Of a DNA stretch of 64,000 bases, positions 16,705-25,182 are shown piece after piece. The stretch comes from Candidatus Microgenomatus sp. (lineage in GTDB: Bacteria > Patescibacteriota > Microgenomatia > UBA8517), in the NCBI GenBank assembly GCA_020724585.1, contig DYGS01000001.1:422002-486001 (forward strand), in the 5' to 3' direction. The position numbers and the translations under genes are program-made. Position 1 is the stretch's first letter. Every line of letters begins with the position of its first letter. The notes beneath the pieces were generated by a model that did not search any database, was not told the origin of the DNA, and saw only the letters and a list, made by a program, of their open reading frames with translations.

Positions 16705-17467
16705 AGTTTCCAAATCCAGGCTTAAAACTTGGTATAATTCTCTCTACATCTTCCCGTAGTTTATCCTCTGGATTAACATAACCAGCTAGTACAACAGAAT
16801 CTCCTTCTCTCCAATTCATGCCCGACATGTCATCTATTGCAATTTCTTCAAATTGAATTTGATCTTCGTATAAACTCTTACCTCCTTCAAACGAGTTTAC
16901 ATACAGCCCCTTAATTACATTACCGACTTTCATAAATTTTGAACCCTCAAATTTGTTCGCTGCCATTCTAACTGATAAATCATAGTTAATACTTGCAACT
17001 TTATGTAAAAGCCCTCGCATTCTTTTGCTTTGGGTACAAAGAGCGATAGCTTCTTGCTTGGCTTCAAGCAGGTCTGTAGCTAGCAGATAATGTCCAAGGC
17101 CAGATCCTCTAAAGTTGGGGTGTGTAATAATGCCACTTAGATAGTAAAAGTCTAAATCCAGGGCTCGAACTTTTTTGGAAGCTATAAAAGCAGCCGGAAA
17201 ATTGTCCATTAACCTTCTGGCTACAATTAGCCTTTCTGCACCAATTATATGGTCATTTACATCTTTCACAAACAGCGGGTCTTCAAAGTTGCTCCTGAGA
17301 AAACCAATTCCGGTGAGAGGTCTAAATTCTTCGGCAATAGAAGCATACTCTTGAGGGACTAACTCACCACAAGTGTATCTTTTAATTTCGACGGACATTC
17401 CGTTAAAAGTTCTGATTTCACTTCTTGGATAAAGTATTCTTTCCATAATCCAATAAAAAAGCGCCAC
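16703..17467 (-). CDS. GNAT-family acetyltransferase
   Basis: YLSGIITHPNFRGSGLG acetyl-CoA motif A; true start may be the second Met. Confidence 0.75.
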   Translation of the reverse strand: MALFYWIMERILYPRSEIRTFNGMSVEIKRYTCGELVPQEYASIAEEFRPLTGIGFLRSNFEDPLFVKDVNDHIIGAERLIVARRLMDNFPAAFIASKKVRALDLDFYYLSGIITHPNFRGSGLGHYLLATDLLEAKQEAIALCTQSKRMRGLLHKVASINYDLSVRMAANKFEGSKFMKVGNVIKGLYVNSFEGGKSLYEDQIQFEEIAIDDMSGMNWREGDSVVLAGYVNPEDKLREDVERIIPSFKPGFGN

Positions 17468-17532
17468 GAAGGCGCTTTAAGTATTATTTCTTAAAACTTT
17501 CCACCAAATTTCAATTTTCATCATTTTCTATT

Positions 17533-18579
17533 TTACTTTAAATTTTCTAATTTTTCAATCGTGTAATGAAAAGCACCTTTTATGGCAGAAAGAATGTTTT
17601 TGACTGTTCCCCATGCTGCGACTGAAACTAAAGCTTCTCCAAATACTCCCCCTATTGTTCCAGTAACTACATTTTGTGCAAGCCAGGATTCAATTAGGGG
17701 GGACGAGGCTGCGATTTTGGTAAAAAGAATTATTGGTCCGGCAACAGCTCCACCAACGGCAACGATTGGTACTGTCTTATCTTCCGCCTCATCCATCCAT
17801 TTAGAAAGTCTGTCAACGGGAGCTTGAAGGAAAATAACGGATGCCTCAGCAATGGTAATAATTAGGGGAGTAGTCATGCCTCTAATTTTAGATGTTCTTA
17901 TTTCTCCTTTTACTTTTTCAGCTTTAACAAGAATCTCTCCTCTATTGGCAAGCTCCTGCGCAGTTTTTCCTTTTTCAGAGATGGTTAGTCTATTAAGCCC
18001 CTCTCTCAAAGCAACAAGAGCTGTTTCGGCTTCAATTTCAGCGGATTCACTGGCTATTTCAGAAGCAGAGAGAATTATTGTTGCCAATTCTTTGTGAAAT
18101 CTCAAAAAGTCAAAAAATCCTTGAGGATTAAGTTTACCTTCAGGACTTAAAATAGGCTGGTATTCAGAATTTTCTTCAGAAATATCTTTATATACCTTAA
18201 CAATTGTGGTTTCTTTCCCGAGCATGGCAGAAAATCCCTCGTTGACCATGCCCATTTGCTTCTTAAGATTATCTAATCTTGTCTGATCTGTTTTTATTGA
18301 AGCATCAAGATATTTCTCTTCTATTCCTTCCCTGAAGTAATCAAGAAGAAGCTTTTTGCTCTCGTCATCCCCCCTTACAAGCTGACCCATTAAAACTCTC
18401 AACTGAAGAATCCCTTCGCTTGTTCTTTGAGCTAATGACAAATCATTTTCAATGTTTCCACTCTCTACAATTTCATCTTCAACTGGTCCGACAGGTTCAT
18501 TTGGTCTTTCCTGGGGAACCCCCTGTATTAAACTTTGGAATCTGGTCAATTTTTCGTTCATTAACGCGTGTTTTATCAC
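17533..18579 (-). CDS. Hypothetical helical protein with C-terminal hydrophobic segments
   Basis: 348-aa ORF, coiled-coil character, Gly/Ala-rich TM-like C-terminus. Confidence 0.65.
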   Translation of the reverse strand: MIKHALMNEKLTRFQSLIQGVPQERPNEPVGPVEDEIVESGNIENDLSLAQRTSEGILQLRVLMGQLVRGDDESKKLLLDYFREGIEEKYLDASIKTDQTRLDNLKKQMGMVNEGFSAMLGKETTIVKVYKDISEENSEYQPILSPEGKLNPQGFFDFLRFHKELATIILSASEIASESAEIEAETALVALREGLNRLTISEKGKTAQELANRGEILVKAEKVKGEIRTSKIRGMTTPLIITIAEASVIFLQAPVDRLSKWMDEAEDKTVPIVAVGGAVAGPIILFTKIAASSPLIESWLAQNVVTGTIGGVFGEALVSVAAWGTVKNILSAIKGAFHYTIEKLENLK

Positions 18580-18651
18580 AACCTATAGGCAAAAGTCAAC
18601 AAAAATATTAAAATTGGGAAAAATGACAAACTCATCGGTTTTCATCGGTCA

Positions 18652-19120
18652 GAAAAAAAGTATACTTTGAAACATGCTTGGGCTAATCAGATGCTATTAA
18701 AATTAAAACAAGAGTAATCTGACATAGCCCAATCTTCCCTTTCACCCATCTCCTTGAAAAGGAGAGAGATTGATAATTTGAACACAAAATTAAAAATTCT
18801 TTTAGGCACTTATTTTGATCAAGAAATAGATAGAGAAATATATAGACAAAAGAAGTTTGAACTTGTATCTAAAAGAAAAACAATTGAAGAACAAATTATC
18901 AATTTACAAAACAAGAAAGGGAGTTGGATCGAACCCATGAGGGAATGGATAAATGAAGCTACACAAGTACCTAAAACAGTATCATCCAACAATATGGATG
19001 ATAAAAAGGTTCTCACCAAAAAAATCTTTGGATCGAACCTTTTTTTAGAAAACAAAAAACTCCGAGGGGATGGGCAAAAGTCGTGGTCTTCGCTTCGCTC
19101 GACCTCGACAGATCGGTCAT
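18652..19120 (+). pseudogene. C-terminal relic of a large serine recombinase
   Basis: WANQML...*...LL.TY.DQEIDREIY..KK..L...K..EEQI...W.EPMREWI...K.IFGSNL.L resembles the coiled-coil tail of CPR tRNA-adjacent serine recombinases; internal TAA; no catalytic domain. Confidence 0.65.
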
Positions 19121-19123
19121 CGG

Positions 19124-19195
19124 AGCGGTGGAGCGGGCTTGAACCGCCGACCTCTTCCTTGGCAAGGAAGCATTCTACCACTGAACTACCACCGC
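19124..19195 (-). tRNA. tRNA-Gly(GCC)
   Basis: GCGGTGGTAGTTCAGTGGTAGAAT, loop ttGCCaa, GGTTCAAGCCC. Confidence 0.95.
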
Positions 19196-19198
19196 AAA

Positions 19199-19250
19199 TT
19201 TCAAATATTCAGTGACCAAGCTTTGCTTACCACTGAACTACCACCGCAAA
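19199..19250 (-). repeat. Upstream duplicate of tRNA-Gly 5' end plus AGCAAAGCTTGGTCA hairpin insert
   Basis: 19228-19250 identical to 19176-19198; core motif at 19213-19227. Confidence 0.9.
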
Positions 19251-19287
19251 GATTTATTCGAGCAAATACGCAATCGCTCCCATGCTG

Positions 19288-19360
19288 TGCTGAGAGTTGG
19301 AGTTGCACCAACATCTGGGCTTCTTCAGAGCTCCGCCGTGACTACCTTGGCTATCTCAGC
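19288..19360 (-). tRNA. tRNA-Phe(GAA), T-loop TGCAACT
   Basis: GCTGAGA/TCTCAGC acceptor, loop ctGAAga. Confidence 0.85.
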
Positions 19361-19396
19361 TAACTAAATGTATTATATCAAACTTATATATTTTTG

Positions 19397-19470
19397 TGGA
19401 TCCGGCAGGGATCGAACCTGCGGCCTTACGGATGTAAACCGTACGCTCTGACCAGCTGAGCTACGAATCC
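19397..19470 (-). tRNA. tRNA-Val(TAC)
   Basis: GGATTCGTAGCTCAGCTGG, loop ttTACat, GGTTCGATCCC. Confidence 0.95.
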
Positions 19471-19492
19471 ATATAACCTAACCTATAGTAAG

Positions 19493-19574
19493 TGCGCGGG
19501 ACTGGACTTGAACCAGCAAGGATTTCTCCATACGCACCTCAAGCGTACGCGTCTACCAATTTCGCCACCCGCGC
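19493..19574 (-). tRNA. tRNA-Leu(GAG)
   Basis: GCGCGGGTGGCGAAATTGGTAGACGC, loop ttGAGgt, variable arm. Confidence 0.95.
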
Positions 19575-19623
19575 CCATTTCATTTTATATTATATCTAAT
19601 AATCGATCTATTTGAAACAAAAG

Positions 19624-19731
19624 ATGACATCCTCCCCGCCATACTGGCGGGGTATCCGTCTAAACGAGGATGACATATCAGCGTTCAATTCATCCACGGG
19701 CTTATCGCCCGTGGTTTTCTTGAATGCTGTT
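19624..19731 (-). mobile_element. 108-bp IS200/IS605-type miniature element, copy 1
   Basis: Reverse complement of 26036-26143 with 1 mismatch; TTAT 5' flank, TCAT end, two subterminal hairpins. Confidence 0.88.
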
Positions 19732-19734
19732 ATA

Positions 19735-19856
19735 AAAATGCAATATCAAAAGACATAAATTATTTTGAAATTAAAAATGCAGACCATAGTTACAGAAATG
19801 AATCAAGAGAGCCTGTTTTTGAAGATGAGATCATAGATATATTTAAGCGATTGTAG
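19735..19856 (+). pseudogene. 3' relic of a paralog of the hydrolase at 21228-21818
   Basis: Translates NAISKDINYFEIKNADHSYRNESREPVFEDEIIDIFKRL* versus TAVSKDINYFEIKNADHSYRNELKEPIFEDEAIEIFKNI*. Confidence 0.85.
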
Positions 19857-20312
19857 CGGTAACAAGAAAAATAATTTAAGATTTTGCATAGAAACTGCTG
19901 GTATTTCAGGCCTATTTATTAATTGACTTCTATTTTCTAAACAATCTTTAATCATCATTTTTCTGGTTGCAGTCATTTGTGGTGGTAAATTATTGATTTT
20001 GAACCATTTTCCCTCACATCGAGCGTACTCTGTTTTAAATGTTCCGGAAATGTATTTGCCTTCAAAAACATAAGAAGTTATTTTGTTTGAGTTAGAGTTA
20101 GTATATTCTGCAACTTTTCTTACAATCTTGATATGAAAGCCAGTTTCCTCATATGCTTCATGTATGGCTGTGGTTTCGGGAGTTTCATTTTTTTCAATTC
20201 CACCACCTTGAGGTTCCCAAACAGGAAAGTCTGATCTTTTAACTAAAAATACTTCTTTTTGATTATTTCTAGTTAAAACAACAAAAGAACCAACTGGTTT
20301 ATTAAATTTCAT
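19803..20312 (-). CDS. NUDIX hydrolase
   Basis: GGGIEKNETPETTAIHEAYEETG Nudix box. Confidence 0.9.
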   Translation of the reverse strand: MKFNKPVGSFVVLTRNNQKEVFLVKRSDFPVWEPQGGGIEKNETPETTAIHEAYEETGFHIKIVRKVAEYTNSNSNKITSYVFEGKYISGTFKTEYARCEGKWFKINNLPPQMTATRKMMIKDCLENRSQLINRPEIPAVSMQNLKLFFLLPLQSLKYIYDLIFKNRLS

Positions 20313-20706
20313 CTTTAATTTTAATTAAAAAGTTTCTATCTTCATCAACTGCCATTTTGTTAATAGCCTCATCAATATCAAACCAATCGTATTTTTCTTC
20401 CGCTTCTTTGTGGAAATCAGGCTTGTCAGTTTCCATTAGATACATATGAATATCTTTTGAAACAGGTGTTCCATCTCGTTCTGTAGCTATTTTTGAATAA
20501 CTCCCAAGTTTTTTAACTATTTTTAACTCTGTTAGTCCTGTTTCTTCAGTAACTTCTCGTATGGCAGTCTGCTCAAATGTTTCACCATCTTCAACATGAC
20601 CTTTAGGAAAGCCTAGACCTTTTATATGAGTGTAAATTGTTAAAAGAATTTGCTTATTTGGGTTGTTTCTAATTACTACTCCACCTGCTGATATAACTTT
20701 ATTCAT
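20302..20706 (-). CDS. NUDIX hydrolase (Ap4A hydrolase-like)
   Basis: SAGGVV, FPKGHVEDGETFEQTAIREVTEETG. Confidence 0.92.
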   Translation of the reverse strand: MNKVISAGGVVIRNNPNKQILLTIYTHIKGLGFPKGHVEDGETFEQTAIREVTEETGLTELKIVKKLGSYSKIATERDGTPVSKDIHMYLMETDKPDFHKEAEEKYDWFDIDEAINKMAVDEDRNFLIKIKDEI

Positions 20707-20720
20707 ATTCTTGTATTATA

Positions 20721-21221
20721 ATGCTTGATATGACAATTAAACAAAATTTAAATTGGAGTGATGGAAAAGTATACAAGCTAGTTTGGCGTGATTGTGACTC
20801 TTTTGAAGAAATAAAAGACAAAAAATTACAGCAAAGTTACGGTGTTTGTTTTTACAAAAACAAACTGGTTATTGGAGGAAATGGTAATAATAAGTGGGGG
20901 TTAATTGGTGGACATATAGAAAATGGAGAAACACCAGAAGAAACTTTGATTAGAGAAGTACAGGAAGAATCAAATATGCGTGTAATAAAACAAATTCCTA
21001 TTGGGTATCAAGAAGTTATAAACCCAGACGGAGCCATTGACTACCAACTTCGCTCATTTTGTTTAGTTGAACCAATTGGACAATTTGTTTCCGATCCTGC
21101 GGGTAGTGTTACAGAAATTAAATTGATTGACCCAAAAGATTACAAAAAGTATTTTGATTGGGGTAAGATTGGAGATAGAATAATGAAAAGAGCAATGGAA
21201 ATTTTAAGAAAGCAAATATAA
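20721..21221 (+). CDS. NUDIX hydrolase
   Basis: GGHIENGETPEETLIREVQEES. Confidence 0.9.
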   Translation: MLDMTIKQNLNWSDGKVYKLVWRDCDSFEEIKDKKLQQSYGVCFYKNKLVIGGNGNNKWGLIGGHIENGETPEETLIREVQEESNMRVIKQIPIGYQEVINPDGAIDYQLRSFCLVEPIGQFVSDPAGSVTEIKLIDPKDYKKYFDWGKIGDRIMKRAMEILRKQI

Positions 21222-21227
21222 CTATAT

Positions 21228-21818
21228 ATGAATATTTCGAGTTTAAAATTTGTTGAAAATAAATCAGATACCTTAGATGTATTACTTCATGGTAGTAAAG
21301 GTGGAATGAATTATTCATTGATGCAAAAGATTGAGGATGTTTGTATAAAGCAAGGTCATTCGGTAGCTAATTTTAACTTCCCATATTTTGAAAGAGGAGA
21401 AGAACAATCTTCAGGACCAGAATTAAAGGAAGAATTAGAAACATTAAAATCAGTTTTAAATGAGTGTAATTCAAAAGAGTATAAGCATACAAGACTAATT
21501 GGAAAATCACTTGGTGCAATTATCGCTAGCTATTATCTAAAATCGTTACAAAAAGAAGAACAATCAAAATATTCTGTAGTAGTTTTTGGATATGTTACAG
21601 GAAGTATTGATTTAAAAAGTTTTGATGGAAAAATAGATATTATTCAAGGTGAGAAAGACAAGTTTGGAAGTATGGAAGTAGTTAAAAATGATTTAAAAAC
21701 GGCAGTTTCAAAAGATATTAATTATTTTGAAATTAAAAATGCAGACCATAGTTACAGAAATGAACTAAAAGAACCTATTTTTGAGGATGAGGCTATAGAA
21801 ATATTTAAAAATATATAA
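21228..21818 (+). CDS. Alpha/beta hydrolase
   Basis: LLHGS, GKSLG nucleophile elbow, QGEKD, ADH. Confidence 0.88.
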   Translation: MNISSLKFVENKSDTLDVLLHGSKGGMNYSLMQKIEDVCIKQGHSVANFNFPYFERGEEQSSGPELKEELETLKSVLNECNSKEYKHTRLIGKSLGAIIASYYLKSLQKEEQSKYSVVVFGYVTGSIDLKSFDGKIDIIQGEKDKFGSMEVVKNDLKTAVSKDINYFEIKNADHSYRNELKEPIFEDEAIEIFKNI

Positions 21819-22165
21819 TGGTAAATTCATTAACTTTCATTGGCCAAAAAGTAAATGTAGTAGTTGACAGACCATTAGGATCGAAACATCCAAAACATGG
21901 TTTTACATATGAAGTTAACTATGGCTATATTCCAAACACAAAATCTGCAGATGGAGAAGAACTAGATGCATATATTTTAGGAGTAGATAAACCAATTACA
22001 GAAACTAAAGGAATTTGCGTTGCAGTAATCAGAAGAACAGATGATGACGATGACAAATTAATTGTTACGCAAGATGGCCAAGACTTTTCAGATTCAGAAA
22101 TTGAAAAACTAACAGAATTTCAAGAAAAATGGTTTAAACACATTATCCTTCGAAAGAAGATTTAA
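21818..22165 (+). CDS. Short soluble inorganic pyrophosphatase-family protein
   Basis: DRPLGSKHP, YEVNYGYIPNT.S.DGEELDAY, DDDDKL. Confidence 0.88.
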   Translation: MVNSLTFIGQKVNVVVDRPLGSKHPKHGFTYEVNYGYIPNTKSADGEELDAYILGVDKPITETKGICVAVIRRTDDDDDKLIVTQDGQDFSDSEIEKLTEFQEKWFKHIILRKKI

Positions 22166-22877
22166 TAATTGGCAATTCTACTTCAAAAACTTTTTGGGTG
22201 ATTTTGTGTTCCCATGAGCTATGATTTTGATTTGGCAGTATCATTACTTCTTGGTTTTTATTTTTAACAACATCAACTACTTGGCTTCTTAACTCCTCTG
22301 ATATATACATATCGTTTTCGCCGTACACGAGGTGTATTTTTCCATTATAGTTATTTAAACAGTCAAAAAAGTTAGATTCTTTTGCTTCCTGCCAGAATTT
22401 ATTACTATGTATTTGTCCACCTTCTTCTGCTATCTCATTAGGATTACCATCAAAAGTTGTTTTTGGATCAGGAACCCAGAGAATAATACATGGTATTTTT
22501 CCTTTTAATTCGTTTTTATTTGAAGCTATAACTGTGGTTGTTGCACCCATACTTTGACCAAGAAGAATTACCTTATATCCTAAATCTAAATATTTTTTAG
22601 CAAAGTAGGCAGTTGTATTCACCCATTCATTAAAAGATGAATTTAAAAAATCACCTTCAGAATTACCACAGTTTGGTTGATCAAATCTTAAAGTTGATAT
22701 TCCTTCTTTATTTAAAATTCTACTGAAATCAACAAAAGTTCTCGCTGGTCCAATTGTTGAGCTCCTAAATCCATGATTAAATATTACAATCTGTTTTTTA
22801 TTATCATCAGGTTCAGACAAAACACAAAAAACATTTTTGTTATTAATCTTTTCAAAAAAGACTTTGTCTTTAAACAT
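22143..22877 (-). CDS. Alpha/beta hydrolase
   Basis: HGF, LRFD...G.SEG, GQSMG, GEND, NH. Confidence 0.88.
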   Translation of the reverse strand: MFKDKVFFEKINNKNVFCVLSEPDDNKKQIVIFNHGFRSSTIGPARTFVDFSRILNKEGISTLRFDQPNCGNSEGDFLNSSFNEWVNTTAYFAKKYLDLGYKVILLGQSMGATTTVIASNKNELKGKIPCIILWVPDPKTTFDGNPNEIAEEGGQIHSNKFWQEAKESNFFDCLNNYNGKIHLVYGENDMYISEELRSQVVDVVKNKNQEVMILPNQNHSSWEHKITQKVFEVELPIIKSSFEG

Positions 22878-23183
22878 TGTTTTAATTATAACTCAAATTG
22901 ATATAAATAAAATTACATTTTCAACTTTTAGAAGCACAAGAACAAGCAAAGAAACAAAAATTTGGAAAACGAGTATTTTAAGATTGTTCAAGAATTGAAC
23001 AATTTCAAGCTTGCTTATGTTATCAGTAAGCGTGAGCTAGGCATAACAAAACACAGTGGGTAAGCGGAAGGCCGAAACGAGCGAAGCGAGTGGATGACTG
23101 GAGCGCACACACGATATGGGTTAGCGAAGCTCCGCGAAGCGGAGCTGAGCGAGCAAACACGAGCTTCGCTACAAAATTAAAAA

Positions 23184-23270
23184 TGGTGTCGAAGGAGAGA
23201 TTTGAACTCTCACGCTCGAATGAGCACACGCTCCTGAAGCGTGCCTGTCTACCAATTTCAGCACTTCGAC
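23184..23270 (-). tRNA. tRNA-Leu(CAG)
   Basis: GTCGAAGTGCTGAAATTGGTAGAC, loop ttCAGga, encoded CCA. Confidence 0.95.
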
Positions 23271-23334
23271 AATTTGCCTAATTATACCAAACTTGACTAA
23301 AGATTATTAATATGTCATCCTCATACTAAATGAT

Positions 23335-23955
23335 ATGTATATAACTCAACAAATAGATTTTGAGTCTTCATTCGGGTTTTGGAAAAATATGCTCTTCATG
23401 ATTATCTTCTTCACTGTTGCGCCTATTACCCTATTCATAAGTCTATTTTCACTTATTACTTTTTCGAAAAACGAAAAAGTTGAGCTGGTTCATTCACCAA
23501 CTACGGGTGTTCGTGTATATGCGTCTCTCCCTAGCGAATACCCTTCTATATCAGGCAAAGGTGAAGTATCTGATGCTAGACCCGAGATTATCAGAAACTA
23601 TTTAATTCGCTATAAATCTCCGCTTCTTGGACATGAAAGCTACTTAGTACAAAAGGCAGATGAATATGGTTTGGATTTTAGACTTTTAGTGGCAATTGCT
23701 CAACAAGAATCAAATTTGTGCAAAATTATCCCTGCAAATACTTATAACTGCTGGGGATGGGGAATACATAGCAGGGGAACTCTCGGTTTTGACTCATATA
23801 TAGAAGCAATTGATGCTGTTTCCAAGGGGCTAAAAACAGAATATATTGACAAAGGTTTAACTACTCCCGACACAATATGGAAAAAATATACTCCAGCTTC
23901 TCCTGATGGTGCCTGGGCAAAAGGGGTTAACCAGTTCTTGGCAGAGATGGAATGA
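23335..23955 (+). CDS. Membrane-anchored glucosaminidase/lysozyme-like peptidoglycan hydrolase
   Basis: TM helix, YGLDFRLLVAIAQQES, NCWGWG, KYTP. Confidence 0.8.
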   Translation: MYITQQIDFESSFGFWKNMLFMIIFFTVAPITLFISLFSLITFSKNEKVELVHSPTTGVRVYASLPSEYPSISGKGEVSDARPEIIRNYLIRYKSPLLGHESYLVQKADEYGLDFRLLVAIAQQESNLCKIIPANTYNCWGWGIHSRGTLGFDSYIEAIDAVSKGLKTEYIDKGLTTPDTIWKKYTPASPDGAWAKGVNQFLAEME

Positions 23956-23978
23956 TTTGATATATAATACTTCTTACT

Positions 23979-24734
23979 ATGCCCGCCGCATACGACAATT
24001 ATGATTACCCATCCTATTGGAAAGGAAGGGAATATGAACACAAGGCTGAGGTGCTTGCTATTAAATCACTTATTTCCAAAATTCCCCATATTAAAAAATG
24101 TGTAGAAATTGGAGCTGGGTTTGCAAGGCTTTTGCCGGCTTATATCTTTAGGGCTAAATCTATAACTTTAACCGACCCATCTTCAAAACTTCTTTCAATT
24201 GCCAGAAAAAAATATAAACAAAATAAAAAAATTGAATTTACGCAAGCAAGTCTTGAGACTTTTTCTTCCACCACAACGAACAAATATGATCTATGCATAA
24301 TGGTCAGAGTCCTGCATCATATCCCAGACATAGATGAGGCACTGGATTGCGTTTATAAAATACTTCAAAAAAACGGCTACTTGATTCTGGAGTTTGCCAA
24401 CAAAAACAATCTAAAAGCTAGTATCAGACAATTTTTAAGGGGAAATTTCACTTATCCCATTGATATATTTCCCATCGATATTAGAAGTAAGAAAAACATC
24501 AAAAAAAATACTCTCCCTTTTGTTAATTTCCACCCTGATTTGATAAAAGAAAAATTAAAAATGAAAGGTTTTGAAATAATTGAAACACGGTCAGTATCAA
24601 ATATAAGATCAAGTTTTATTAAAAAACTTTTTCCAATGAATTTTTTGCTGGATCTGGAAAAAATACTACAGGTGCCACTTAGTAATATAAATTTTGGTCC
24701 TTCAATTTTTATACTTGCCAAAAAGACGGATTAA
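23979..24734 (+). CDS. Class I SAM-dependent methyltransferase
   Basis: VEIGAGFAR motif, YDLCIMVRVLHH. Confidence 0.88.
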   Translation: MPAAYDNYDYPSYWKGREYEHKAEVLAIKSLISKIPHIKKCVEIGAGFARLLPAYIFRAKSITLTDPSSKLLSIARKKYKQNKKIEFTQASLETFSSTTTNKYDLCIMVRVLHHIPDIDEALDCVYKILQKNGYLILEFANKNNLKASIRQFLRGNFTYPIDIFPIDIRSKKNIKKNTLPFVNFHPDLIKEKLKMKGFEIIETRSVSNIRSSFIKKLFPMNFLLDLEKILQVPLSNINFGPSIFILAKKTD

Positions 24735-24848
24735 GTGATCACCATTTATAAACTTGACAAACCTATAGTCATATGCTATATTACCACTACATTCTGAGGC
24801 TGCTTTGATAATTATCAATGCCGGCGTTAGGATTTTACAGGTCCCGTC

Positions 24849-24869
24849 TACATGACGGGACTTTTTTTT
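24849..24869 (+). terminator. Intrinsic terminator (3' arm and U tract; hairpin begins at about 24841)
   Basis: GTCCCGTC-TACAT-GACGGGAC followed by T8. Confidence 0.75.
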
Positions 24870-24907
24870 CTAAATTTCTAGTATAATGTAAATTGATGCC
24901 GGAGTGG

Positions 24908-24956
24908 TTTAACAAGTCGGAGTGGCGAAATTGGTAAGCAAAGCTTGGCCAATTTC
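24908..24956 (+). repeat. Upstream duplicate of tRNA-Leu(TAG) 5' end plus AGCAAAGCTTGGCCA hairpin insert
   Basis: 24908-24936 identical to 24957-24985; core motif at 24937-24951. Confidence 0.9.
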
Positions 24957-24964
24957 TTTAACAA

Positions 24965-25046
24965 GTCGGAGTGGCGAAATTGGTAGACGCGCAGGATTTA
25001 GGATCCTGTGGAGTAATCCTTGCAGGTTCGATTCCTGTCTCCGACA
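24965..25046 (+). tRNA. tRNA-Leu(TAG)
   Basis: GTCGGAGTGGCGAAATTGGTAGACGC, loop ttTAGga, GGTTCGATTCC. Confidence 0.95.
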
Positions 25047-25056
25047 CTTAAAGATT

Positions 25057-25173
25057 ATGCAATTAATTCACAAACTTACAAGAAAAGAGAGAGATGTATT
25101 GTCAGTTTTTTTGATGTTTATACCCATTGTCATCTTTTTTAGTGTACTTGCATTATTTTTAATAATTGTTTAA
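25057..25173 (+). CDS. Small membrane peptide (38 aa)
   Basis: ATG just after tRNA; MQLIHKLTRKERD plus one TM helix; 9 nt before the next gene. Confidence 0.5.
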   Translation: MQLIHKLTRKERDVLSVFLMFIPIVIFFSVLALFLIIV

Positions 25174-25182
25174 TATCTAATT

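Noticed and set aside
11300-19120. Prophage
   Set aside because: No terminase, capsid, portal or tail genes recognised; only a recombinase-like relic.
23310-23322. ATATGTCATCCTC match to the 108-bp element
   Set aside because: Only 13 bp with no hairpins or ends; may be chance or an unprovable relic.
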